Source: Pseudomonadota bacterium (GTDB lineage: Bacteria; Pseudomonadota; Alphaproteobacteria; Rhizobiales; Xanthobacteraceae). From it: 64,000 nt of DNA. Of this stretch, positions 30,454 through 38,932 are shown piece after piece; within the stretch, counting starts at the first letter, position 1; every line of letters begins with the position of its first letter. The stretch is from positions 56,427 to 120,426 of the forward strand of contig JAEYAW010000031.1 in the NCBI GenBank assembly GCA_023404675.1, in the 5' to 3' direction. The translations under genes were made by a program, and so were the position numbers. The notes under the pieces were generated by a model. That model saw only the letters and a list, made by a program, of their open reading frames with translations. It ran no database searches and had not been told where the DNA came from.

Positions 30454-31829
30454 TCGTCAACCGCCGCAACGTTCTCCAGCTTGGTGCGGCCGCTGCCGCA
30501 GCTTCGCTCGCCACCACCACTCTCGGTCTTCGTCCAGCCGCAGCCGCAGCCAAGGTGCAGCGGCTGGTGTCGCCCGGCGGCATCGAGGCCTGGTTCGTAC
30601 AGGATGCGACCGTTCCCCTGATCGCCATGGAATACGCCTTCGACGGCGGTTCGGCCGAAGACCCGGCAGGCAAGCCGGGCGTCGGCAACATGGTCGCCTC
30701 ACTGCTCGACGAAGGCGCGGGCGATCTCGACTCCAGCAGCTTCCACGACCGGCTGGAGCGACGCGCCATCCAGATGAGTTTCTCGGATTCGCGCGACAAC
30801 CTGCGCGGCTCGATGCGGATGCTCACCGAGCACCGCGACGAGGCGTTCGGGCTGTTGCGGCTGGCGCTGTCCGCACCGCGCTTCGACGCCGAGCCGGTCG
30901 CGCGCATCCGCTCGCAAATCCTGTCCGGTCTGCGCCGCAACTCGACCAATCCTTCCTCCATCGCAGGACTGAAATTCTGGGCGATGGCGTTCGGCGATCA
31001 TCCTTACGGCCGGGCCGGCGACGGCACGCCGGAGAGCGTCGCGGCCATCACCGTCGACGATCTAAAGGCCTATACGACACGCGTGCTGGCGCGCGATACG
31101 CTGAAGGTCGCCGTGGTCGGCGACGTCGAGCCCGAGGCGCTTGGAGTCCTGCTCGACAAGGCGTTCGGCGCGTTGCCCGCGAAAGGATCGCCAGCGCCGG
31201 TCGCCGATGTCGTCGCGGCCACGCCGCCGAAGCATGAGTTCGTCACGCTCGACGTGCCGCAGACCGTGATCGTGTTCGGCGGCCCCGGCATCGGCCGCCA
31301 TGACCCGGATTTCATGGCGGGCTATGTGGTGAGCCATATTCTCGGCGGCGGTGGGCTGACCTCGCGGCTGTATCGCGAGGTGCGCGAAAAGCGCGGCCTC
31401 GCCTACTCCGTCTCGCTGTCGCTGACATGGATGCAGCATTCGGCGATGTTCGTCGGCTCGACCGCCACGCGCGCCGATCGAGCCAACGAGACATTGGAGA
31501 CACTCACGGCCGAGGTCGCCCGCATGGGGCAGGATGGCCCGACCCAGAAGGAACTGGACGAGGCGAAATCCTACCTGAAGGGCTCGCAGATGCTCTCGCT
31601 GGATACGTCGTCGAAATTCGCCACCGCACTTCTGCAATATCGCACCGACGGCCTGCCGATCGACTATATCGACATCCGCAACGGCATCGTCGATGCGGTC
31701 AACCTCGAACAGGCCAAACGCGCCGCGCATCGGCTGTTCGCCGACGGTCTGCTTACCGTCGTGGTCGGCCGCAAGCAGCAGGCGGAAGCTGCCGTGCCGC
31801 AGACCGCACAGCCGCCGGAGGCGAACTGA
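30450..31829 (+). CDS. M16-family peptidase, non-catalytic partner subunit
   Basis: M16-like fold sequence without HxxEH. The GTG start overlaps the upstream stop as GTGA. Tat/Sec-like N-terminus (RRNVLQLGAAAAAASLA). Confidence 0.85.
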   Translation: MIVNRRNVLQLGAAAAAASLATTTLGLRPAAAAAKVQRLVSPGGIEAWFVQDATVPLIAMEYAFDGGSAEDPAGKPGVGNMVASLLDEGAGDLDSSSFHDRLERRAIQMSFSDSRDNLRGSMRMLTEHRDEAFGLLRLALSAPRFDAEPVARIRSQILSGLRRNSTNPSSIAGLKFWAMAFGDHPYGRAGDGTPESVAAITVDDLKAYTTRVLARDTLKVAVVGDVEPEALGVLLDKAFGALPAKGSPAPVADVVAATPPKHEFVTLDVPQTVIVFGGPGIGRHDPDFMAGYVVSHILGGGGLTSRLYREVREKRGLAYSVSLSLTWMQHSAMFVGSTATRADRANETLETLTAEVARMGQDGPTQKELDEAKSYLKGSQMLSLDTSSKFATALLQYRTDGLPIDYIDIRNGIVDAVNLEQAKRAAHRLFADGLLTVVVGRKQQAEAAVPQTAQPPEAN

Positions 31830-31997
31830 GAGCCTCTCACCACCTTGCGACGCGGCGACTTTCAAGCCGCGCCCTGCGGCAAAATGACCACACGCCCAAG
31901 CTGTCCCGCCGCCTCACCCGATCGGGGGATGCGGGTCTGAACGGCTGTGGGTATTCCCGGCCCATGCCGCAGAAGCGGCCGTGCGCCGGAGATTTTT

Positions 31998-33842
31998 ATG
32001 ATCGACCGCATTTCAGCAGTTTTCATTGCCACCTTGCTTATGACGACGGCAGTCACCGCCGCAGAATTCAGGCCGCTGGGTCAACTGCCGACCGGCGAGT
32101 ACATGACGGCAGCCGCCATCAGCGGCGACGGCCGCGTCGTTGTTGGCTCGGCCTCCCTCGCCTCAGGTTTGCGCGCCACGGCCTGGGCCGGAAATGTCAT
32201 CACCGTGCTTGGTACACTCGATGCGCCGCGCAACGATCGAAGCGCGGCCAAAGGCGTCAATTACACAGGCACGGTGATCTCCGGCTACTCATCTGGTCCG
32301 GGTACGGATCTTCACGCTTTCCGCTACGAAAACGGCGTGTTCACCGATCTCGGCGGCGGCAGCATGTCGGGTTCGATCCGCGGCACGTTCGGATACGGCA
32401 ACGCCGTCAGCACAGACGGAGCGATCGTGGTCGGTGCGATCGGAGCGGGCTATAGTCTGGAGGCCAGTCGCTGGAACGGGACAACCTACACCTCGCTCGG
32501 CAATGGTCAGGCGAATGGCGTCAACGGCAGCGGTACGGTGATCGTCGGAGAGAACGGCTTCGACGCATTCATCTGGCAGTCGGGAGAGCGAACACTGCTG
32601 CCCAAGCTCAACGGCGGTTCGCAAGCGGGCGCCTATGCCGTTTCGACCGACGGCACGACGGCGGTGGGTTACGCTGCCAATCCTGTCGCGGGTGGTCGCC
32701 TCGAAGCAGTCCGATGGGTTGCCGGCGCAATCGCGAGCCTTGGTGTTCCCGACGGCTGGAACGAGTCACGCGCCAACGCGGTCAGCGCAGATGGTAAGAC
32801 CGTGGTCGGCACCCTGACCAATACATTCACTTCCGCGACAGCCGCCTTCCGGTGGACGGCATCGACCGGCATCCAGTTGATCCGTGACCTGGTCGGCACG
32901 GACGCCGCAAGCTGGTCGCTGGATAACGCAGTCGGCGTGTCCGCCGACGGCACGGTCATTGCCGGCAACGGCACGTTCGGCGGCCAGTCACAGGGCTGGA
33001 TCATCCGCCTCGACCGGCCGGAGGTGGAAACCGAGACAAAGCTGGTGGTCGCCGTTCTGCCTACGGCCCGCACGTCCTCGCCATCCTCTAGCGGCGCGGA
33101 TGTGAGCGGCGACATCGATTTTCCGGAAGTCTCCGCCTATGCCGCTGTCATCAATATCGGCAACGTCACAGCGCGGAACACGAAAATCTCGCTGCCGCTC
33201 AGCGTGCCCGGCGTGCTGAATTTCCAGACCTCCAACGCGCAGAATACGCCCGTCGGGCCGGCCAACACGCCGATCGACATCGCGCCGGGCGCGATCCAGA
33301 ATTTCATCTTCAAGATCAAGCCGAACGCGGCATTCGTTCAGGAGATTCCGCTGATCTTCAACGGCCATAACGCGCCGCCCGCGCCGGCGGTGCAGGGCGT
33401 CAACACGTTCCTGCTCAGCGCCGCGCCGACACCGATCCCCGACATGCTGTCGATAGTAGTGACGCCGACCGGCGACGGCGTTCTCAATCTCGACGGCACG
33501 CATCACAATGCCTTCGGCGGCGCGACGATGAATATCGCCTCGCCGGGCGAGGTGACGTTCACCGTCACGGATGCCCCCTTCGGCCAACCCGGCATCGGTC
33601 TGCCGGTCGACGCGCTGATCTGCCTGACCGACATGCAGGGCTTGTGTGTGCAGCCCGCCGCCCCGGCCGCTTCGGTGACGACGACCGTCGCGAAGGACAC
33701 GATCCTCACCTATTCGGTGTTCGCCGCCTCGAAGGGGCCTGCGATCTCGCTCGATCCGGCGAAGAACCGGCTCTATGTGATCGCGAAGGGACAGAACGAC
33801 ATCGCGCTCGGCCAGACCAGCGTCGCGGTGCGCTCGCAATAA
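31998..33842 (+). CDS. Exported protein: seven HAF-like repeats plus the shared C-terminal module (paralogue A)
   Basis: Signal peptide MIDRISAVFIATLLMTTAVTAAEF. Seven A-x-S-x-DG-x-x-VVG-type repeats (AISGDGRVVVG ... GVSADGTVIAG). The C-terminal 265 aa is collinear with the C-termini of the CDSs at 36379 and 47238. Confidence 0.75.
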   Translation: MIDRISAVFIATLLMTTAVTAAEFRPLGQLPTGEYMTAAAISGDGRVVVGSASLASGLRATAWAGNVITVLGTLDAPRNDRSAAKGVNYTGTVISGYSSGPGTDLHAFRYENGVFTDLGGGSMSGSIRGTFGYGNAVSTDGAIVVGAIGAGYSLEASRWNGTTYTSLGNGQANGVNGSGTVIVGENGFDAFIWQSGERTLLPKLNGGSQAGAYAVSTDGTTAVGYAANPVAGGRLEAVRWVAGAIASLGVPDGWNESRANAVSADGKTVVGTLTNTFTSATAAFRWTASTGIQLIRDLVGTDAASWSLDNAVGVSADGTVIAGNGTFGGQSQGWIIRLDRPEVETETKLVVAVLPTARTSSPSSSGADVSGDIDFPEVSAYAAVINIGNVTARNTKISLPLSVPGVLNFQTSNAQNTPVGPANTPIDIAPGAIQNFIFKIKPNAAFVQEIPLIFNGHNAPPAPAVQGVNTFLLSAAPTPIPDMLSIVVTPTGDGVLNLDGTHHNAFGGATMNIASPGEVTFTVTDAPFGQPGIGLPVDALICLTDMQGLCVQPAAPAASVTTTVAKDTILTYSVFAASKGPAISLDPAKNRLYVIAKGQNDIALGQTSVAVRSQ

Positions 33843-33887
33843 GCGCTCCGCTTGCCGCGAGCCGGCATGGCCTCTACCAATGCGGCC

Positions 33888-34307
33888 ATGCTGCGGATCG
33901 GACCCCATCTTGCGATTGACGAAGACCTCATCGAGGTCACGTTCGTGCGCGCCTCGGGTCCGGGCGGGCAGAACGTCAACAAGGTCTCGACCGCCGCGCA
34001 ACTGCGGTTCGACACCACGCGCGCCAACCTGCCCGAGGATATCGCCGCGCGGCTGAAGATCGTCGCCGGGCAGCGCATGACCTTGAACGGCGTGATCGTG
34101 ATCCACGCCCAGCGTTTCCGCACCCAGGAGCGCAACCGCGAGGACGCCATCGAACGCCTCGTGGACCTGCTGCGCGACGCCAGCTTCCGGCCCAAGACGC
34201 GGCGGCCGACCCGCCCCACCCTCGGATCCAAGCAGCGCAGGCTGGAAGGCAAGAAGCGGCGCGGCGACGTCAAGTCCGGCCGCGGGCGGACGCGGGTTGA
34301 TGATTGA
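33888..34307 (+). CDS. arfB: Alternative ribosome-rescue factor ArfB (peptidyl-tRNA hydrolase, YaeJ-like)
   Basis: GGQ motif SGPGGQNVNKVSTA and a basic C-terminal tail KKRRGDVKSGRGRTR. The start could instead be at 33852 or 33867. Confidence 0.85.
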   Translation: MLRIGPHLAIDEDLIEVTFVRASGPGGQNVNKVSTAAQLRFDTTRANLPEDIAARLKIVAGQRMTLNGVIVIHAQRFRTQERNREDAIERLVDLLRDASFRPKTRRPTRPTLGSKQRRLEGKKRRGDVKSGRGRTRVDD

Positions 34308-34426
34308 AGACCGCGTCGCGTGGACTCCCCCGGTTCCCGGTGGACGGCGCGCAACCGGGTGGCCCATCGCCAGACCGCGGCTGATATACTGACAGCCCTG
34401 TCCATCACCGCCCGAATCGCTGTCCC

Positions 34427-36250
34427 ATGCCCGTCCGCCAGCTTCCTGAAACCGTGGTCAACCGCATCGCCGCCGGCGAGGTGGTGGAGCGGCCCGCGAG
34501 CGCCGTGAAGGAGCTGGTGGAGAACGCGCTGGACGCGGGCGCGAGCCATATCGACGTCTTCACCGACGGCGGCGGGCGGCGGCGTATCACGGTCGCCGAC
34601 GACGGCGGCGGCATGACCCGCGCCGACCTCGCCCTCGCTGTGGACCGCCACGCCACCTCCAAGCTCGACGACGAGGATCTGCTGCGGATCCGCACGCTCG
34701 GCTTTCGCGGCGAGGCGCTGCCATCGATCGGCGCGGTGGCGCGGCTGTCGATCGCGACGCGTCATGCCAGCGAACCACATGGCTGGGCCATTCAGGTCGA
34801 GGCGGGCGACAAGGCTCCCATCGCGCCCGCCGCCGTCGCACAAGGCACCCGCGTCGAGGTGCGCGACCTGTTCTACGCCACGCCCGCGCGGCTCAAGTTC
34901 CTGAAGACCGACCGCACCGAGGCCGAGGCCATCCGCGAGACCGTGCGCCGCCTCGCCATGGCGCGGCCCGACGTCGCTTTCACGCTGGCCGGCGAGGAAC
35001 GGATGCCGGTGACATGGGCCGCCGCCCTGCCCGGCGCGCCGGGGCGGCTGACCCGGCTCGGCGACATTCTCGGGGCGGATTTCCGCGCCAGCGCCATCGC
35101 GGTCGAGGCCGAACGCGAGGGCGTGCGGATCGAAGGCTTCGCCGCGGCCCCCTCGCTGACGCGCGCCAACGCGCTCGGCCAGTATCTGTTCGTCAACGGC
35201 CGTCCGGTGCGCGACAAGCTGATCCTCGGCGCGGTGCGCGCGGCCTACGCGGATTACCTGCCGCGCGACCGCCATCCGGTGCTCGCGCTGTTCGTCACGC
35301 TGCCGCCCGAGGAGGTGGACGCCAACGTGCATCCGGCCAAGACCGAGGTGCGCTTCCGCAACGCAGGCCTCGTGCGTGCACTGATCGTTCATGCGCTGAA
35401 GGAGGGCCTTGCCCGCGAGGGCCGCCGCACCGCAGCCAATGGCGCGGGCGCGACCGTGGCCGCGTTCCGTCCGGCGATCGCGCCCGTCATGGCCCAGCCG
35501 ATGCCGCGCGGCGGCTGGGACTGGCGGCGCTCGCCCGCCGCGCCCGCCTTCGCCATGCCGCGCGAGGACTATGCGCCCGCGCTGGCCGAAAATGGACAGC
35601 CCGCCTTCGATGTCGGCGGCCCGTCCGCCGACATCCGCCCCGATCCCGCGCCCGCCGCCGATCTGATGGATCGCCCGCTCGGCGCGGCGCGCACGCAGCT
35701 GCACGAGACTTACATCGTCGCGCAGACGCGCAACGGCCTCGTCATCGTCGATCAGCACGCCGCGCACGAGCGCATCGTCTATGAGCGGCTCAAGGACCAG
35801 ATCGCGCGCGAGGGCGTGCAGCGGCAACTGCTTCTGATCCCGGAGATCGTGGAGCTTGACGAAGCCACCGTGGAGACGCTGCTGGCGCGCGCGAACGAAC
35901 TCGAACAGTTCGGCGTCGTCATCGAATCGTTCGGCCCCGGCGCAGTGGCGGTGCGCGAGACGCCCTCGCTGCTCGGCCGCATCAACGCGGCGGCGCTGTT
36001 GCGCGATCTCGGCGAGCACATGGCCGAGTGGGACACCGCGCTGCCGCTGGAGCGACGGCTGCTGCATGTCTCCGCCACCATGGCCTGTCATGGCTCGGTG
36101 CGCGCGGGCCGCGTGCTCAAGCCCGAGGAGATGAACGCGCTGCTGCGCGAGATGGAATCGACGCCGAATTCCGGCCAGTGCAATCACGGCCGCCCGACCT
36201 ATGTCGAGCTCTCGCTCAGCGATGTCGAGAAGCTGTTCGGACGGCGCTGA
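34427..36250 (+). CDS. mutL: DNA mismatch repair protein MutL
   Basis: GHKL ATPase N-terminus VVNRIAAGEVVERPASAVKELVENALDAGA and a C-terminal dimerisation/endonuclease region (ACHGSVRAG, CNHGRPT). Confidence 0.95.
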   Translation: MPVRQLPETVVNRIAAGEVVERPASAVKELVENALDAGASHIDVFTDGGGRRRITVADDGGGMTRADLALAVDRHATSKLDDEDLLRIRTLGFRGEALPSIGAVARLSIATRHASEPHGWAIQVEAGDKAPIAPAAVAQGTRVEVRDLFYATPARLKFLKTDRTEAEAIRETVRRLAMARPDVAFTLAGEERMPVTWAAALPGAPGRLTRLGDILGADFRASAIAVEAEREGVRIEGFAAAPSLTRANALGQYLFVNGRPVRDKLILGAVRAAYADYLPRDRHPVLALFVTLPPEEVDANVHPAKTEVRFRNAGLVRALIVHALKEGLAREGRRTAANGAGATVAAFRPAIAPVMAQPMPRGGWDWRRSPAAPAFAMPREDYAPALAENGQPAFDVGGPSADIRPDPAPAADLMDRPLGAARTQLHETYIVAQTRNGLVIVDQHAAHERIVYERLKDQIAREGVQRQLLLIPEIVELDEATVETLLARANELEQFGVVIESFGPGAVAVRETPSLLGRINAAALLRDLGEHMAEWDTALPLERRLLHVSATMACHGSVRAGRVLKPEEMNALLREMESTPNSGQCNHGRPTYVELSLSDVEKLFGRR

Positions 36251-36378
36251 TGCCGCCGCGCCTCAGTCAACGGAACACCGCGATTACCGGCATTTGCCGG
36301 TAGCGATCCGCCGCGCCATCCGCGACCTTTCAGGAAAACCGCAAGCACGGCTTTTCCATCGCGGCGAACGAGGCGAGC

Positions 36379-38094
36379 ATGGCGAGAACCGGCATCTTTG
36401 TGCTGTCCATTCTGTCGACCGCTGCGATCATGGCGGCCACCACGCCATCGCGTGGCGATGCCGAATTCACCCTGCCGACGCCGGACAGCCGCCCCTCTAG
36501 GATCGTGGCGGGGCCGGATGGCGCGCTATGGTTCACGCAGGCGCTTGGCAACAAAATCGGTCGCATCACCGTCGATGGCGTGATCACCGAGTTTCCGATT
36601 CCGACCGCCAATTCCTACCCCGTCGATATTGCGCTCGGATCGGACGGCGCGCTGTGGTTCACGCAGCGCGACAAGAACAGGATCGGGCGCATCACGACGA
36701 GCGGGACGATCACGGAGTTTGCCGTGCCAACCCCGATGAGCGCAGTGACCAATATTGCCGCCGGGCCGGACGGCGCACTCTGGTTCACACAAACGCTCGG
36801 CAACAAGATCGGACGCATCACCACATCGGGCGTCATCACAGAATATCCTGTCCCCACCCCGAACAGCGCGCCGGGCGCCATCACGCCGACGATGGATGGC
36901 CTGTGGTTCTCGATGGAGCAGGCCGGCAAGGCCGGCTACATCAAGACCGCGACTGGCATGATTTTCGAATATCCCCTGCCGTCCATCGGTTCACCCAACG
37001 GCATCGTCATCGGACCTGACGACAAGCCGTGGATCGCCGCCGGCGGACGGCTGCTTCAGGTCACGCCCTTCGTCGTCACCCAGCATCAGATCGGCAACGC
37101 CGGTCCGTTCGGCATCCTGGCGGGGCCGGACGGCGCGATCTGGTACACCGACACGTCCTACAACCGGATCGGCCGCTTCGAAATCGGCACGAAGGCTCAC
37201 CGGATTGTTGATACGACCGTCGAGATCAACGTGCCGAGCGGTATCGCCGTCGGTCCCGACGGCAATATCTGGATCACCCAGGCCGGCGCCAACAAGATCA
37301 GCCGGATCGACGTGCCGCCCGCCAGCAGCACCATCCTCGCATCCGTCTTGCCGTCGAGCCGTTCGGTCCAGATCGGACAGACCGCGACAGCGTTCGCCAC
37401 CATCCTGAACGACGGCCCCGCCGCGACCATTTGCGGCTTCTCGCCGGTGACGTCGATCGCGGGCACCTTCTCGTTCCAGACCACGCATCCCTCAACCAAT
37501 GCGCTGACCGGAATGCCGAATACCCGCGTCAGCCTCCCCGCCTTTCGCGCACAAACCTTCGCGCTCTCGTTCAAGGCGACCGGACCGATGGCGCCGACCA
37601 ACGTGGCGGTGGGTTTCGGCTGCGCCGAGCGCAACGGCGGCGTCTCGGCCGTCGGCGTCAACACCGTGCTGATGACGTTCAGTCCGACGCCGGTCCCGGA
37701 TCTGATCGCCATCTCCGCCACGCCGGCGGGAGACGGAATCCTGAATTTGCCCGCCCAGCAGGGCACGACCGCGTTCGGCGTTGCGACGATCAATATCGGC
37801 TCCGGCGACGCGGTCACGGTGAGCGCCGATACGGTGCGGGTGCCGGACGTCACGCCGTGGCCCGTCGATCTGTTCGTGTGCCAGACCGATCCCGCAAGCG
37901 GCGCCTGCCTCGCGAACCCGGCAGCGACGGTGACAGCCACGCTCGACAGCAACGACATATCGACCTTCAGCGTGTTCGCCAGAGCGCTCGGACCCGTGCC
38001 GTTCGATCCGGGCAACGCGCGCATCTTCGTCCGCTTCAGGGACAGCAACGGCGTCACCCGCGGCTCGACCAGCGTCGCGATGCGAACGCAATAG
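36379..38094 (+). CDS. Exported protein: Vgb (streptogramin lyase)-like seven-bladed propeller plus the shared C-terminal module (paralogue B)
   Basis: Signal peptide MARTGIFVLSILSTAAIMAA. Seven repeats of the type GPDGALWFTQxxGNKIGRITTSGVITEYPVPT. The C-terminal 253 aa (37333-38091) is collinear with paralogues A and C. Confidence 0.8.
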   Translation: MARTGIFVLSILSTAAIMAATTPSRGDAEFTLPTPDSRPSRIVAGPDGALWFTQALGNKIGRITVDGVITEFPIPTANSYPVDIALGSDGALWFTQRDKNRIGRITTSGTITEFAVPTPMSAVTNIAAGPDGALWFTQTLGNKIGRITTSGVITEYPVPTPNSAPGAITPTMDGLWFSMEQAGKAGYIKTATGMIFEYPLPSIGSPNGIVIGPDDKPWIAAGGRLLQVTPFVVTQHQIGNAGPFGILAGPDGAIWYTDTSYNRIGRFEIGTKAHRIVDTTVEINVPSGIAVGPDGNIWITQAGANKISRIDVPPASSTILASVLPSSRSVQIGQTATAFATILNDGPAATICGFSPVTSIAGTFSFQTTHPSTNALTGMPNTRVSLPAFRAQTFALSFKATGPMAPTNVAVGFGCAERNGGVSAVGVNTVLMTFSPTPVPDLIAISATPAGDGILNLPAQQGTTAFGVATINIGSGDAVTVSADTVRVPDVTPWPVDLFVCQTDPASGACLANPAATVTATLDSNDISTFSVFARALGPVPFDPGNARIFVRFRDSNGVTRGSTSVAMRTQ

Positions 38095-38175
38095 ACCATC
38101 AGCCCGCCGCGTACGCGCGTCGATGCGAGGTTTTATAACGAGAGACTTTTCAATCCGGACGTTTTGAGCAGGACC

Positions 38176-38208
38176 AGCACCGGCGGACATGTTCGCCGGT
38201 GCTTTTTT
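38176..38208 (+). terminator. Rho-independent terminator
   Basis: AGCACCGGCG (8-nt loop) CGCCGGTGCT followed by TTTTT, 80 nt after the stop at 38094. Confidence 0.7.
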
Positions 38209-38223
38209 ACGTATCGTCCCACT

Positions 38224-38775
38224 CTACTCCGCCCGCAGGAACGTGAACTCGGTCTCGTCATAGGCGCGGCGGTCGAGCTCGGAAAAGCCCTCGGCCGCCG
38301 TGAACGCGCCGGTCTTCTCCTCGACGATCACAAGCGCCTCCGGTGTCAGCCACCCGCCCGCGCGCAATGAGGCAAGCGTCTGCTCGGCAAGACCTTTGCC
38401 GTAAGGCGGATCGAGAAACGCCACCGAGAACGGCGGATTGGGATGCGCCTCGCCGAGCGCGGTGGCGTCGCGGCGGAAGATACGCGACACGCCGCCAAGA
38501 CCGAGCGCCTCGACATTGGCGCGCAGCAGCGCCCGCGCCTCCGCGCCATTATCGACGAACTGCACGAACTTCGCGCCGCGTGACAGCGCCTCGATGCCGA
38601 GCGCGCCGGTACCCGCGAACAAATCGAGCACGCGCGCCTCGTCGAGCGGGCGCTCATAGCCGTGCATCAGGATATTGAACAGCGACTCGCGCAGCCGATC
38701 CTGCGTCGGCCGGATTTCCTGCGTCTTCGGCGCGGAGAGATTGCGGCCGCGCAGCCGCCCGCCGACGACACGCAT
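38224..38775 (-). CDS. rsmD: 16S rRNA (guanine966-N2)-methyltransferase
   Basis: SAM motif DLFAGTGALGIEALSRGA and the DPPY motif (FLDPPYGKG). Confidence 0.9.
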   Translation of the reverse strand: MRVVGGRLRGRNLSAPKTQEIRPTQDRLRESLFNILMHGYERPLDEARVLDLFAGTGALGIEALSRGAKFVQFVDNGAEARALLRANVEALGLGGVSRIFRRDATALGEAHPNPPFSVAFLDPPYGKGLAEQTLASLRAGGWLTPEALVIVEEKTGAFTAAEGFSELDRRAYDETEFTFLRAE

Positions 38776-38795
38776 CAGGTTTTCCAGCGCCCCCC

Positions 38796-38906
38796 CGTCA
38801 TCCTGAGGTGCGCGCAGCGCGCGCCTCCAGGGATGAGCGGCCCGAGCGCCTGCTTCCGCGCGCGCCCTTCGAGGCTCGCACCATGTGCGAGCACCTCAGG
38901 GTGACG
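38796..38906. repeat. REP/MITE-like intergenic element, type 1 (full copy)
   Basis: Terminal inverted repeats CGTCATCCTGAGGTGCGC ... GAGCACCTCAGGGTGACG (16 of 18 complementary) and an internal CCTTCGAGGC block. Related copies lie at 54124, 57128 and 60881. Confidence 0.6.
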
Positions 38907-38932
38907 ACACAATGCCTGCCCGACCGACACCA

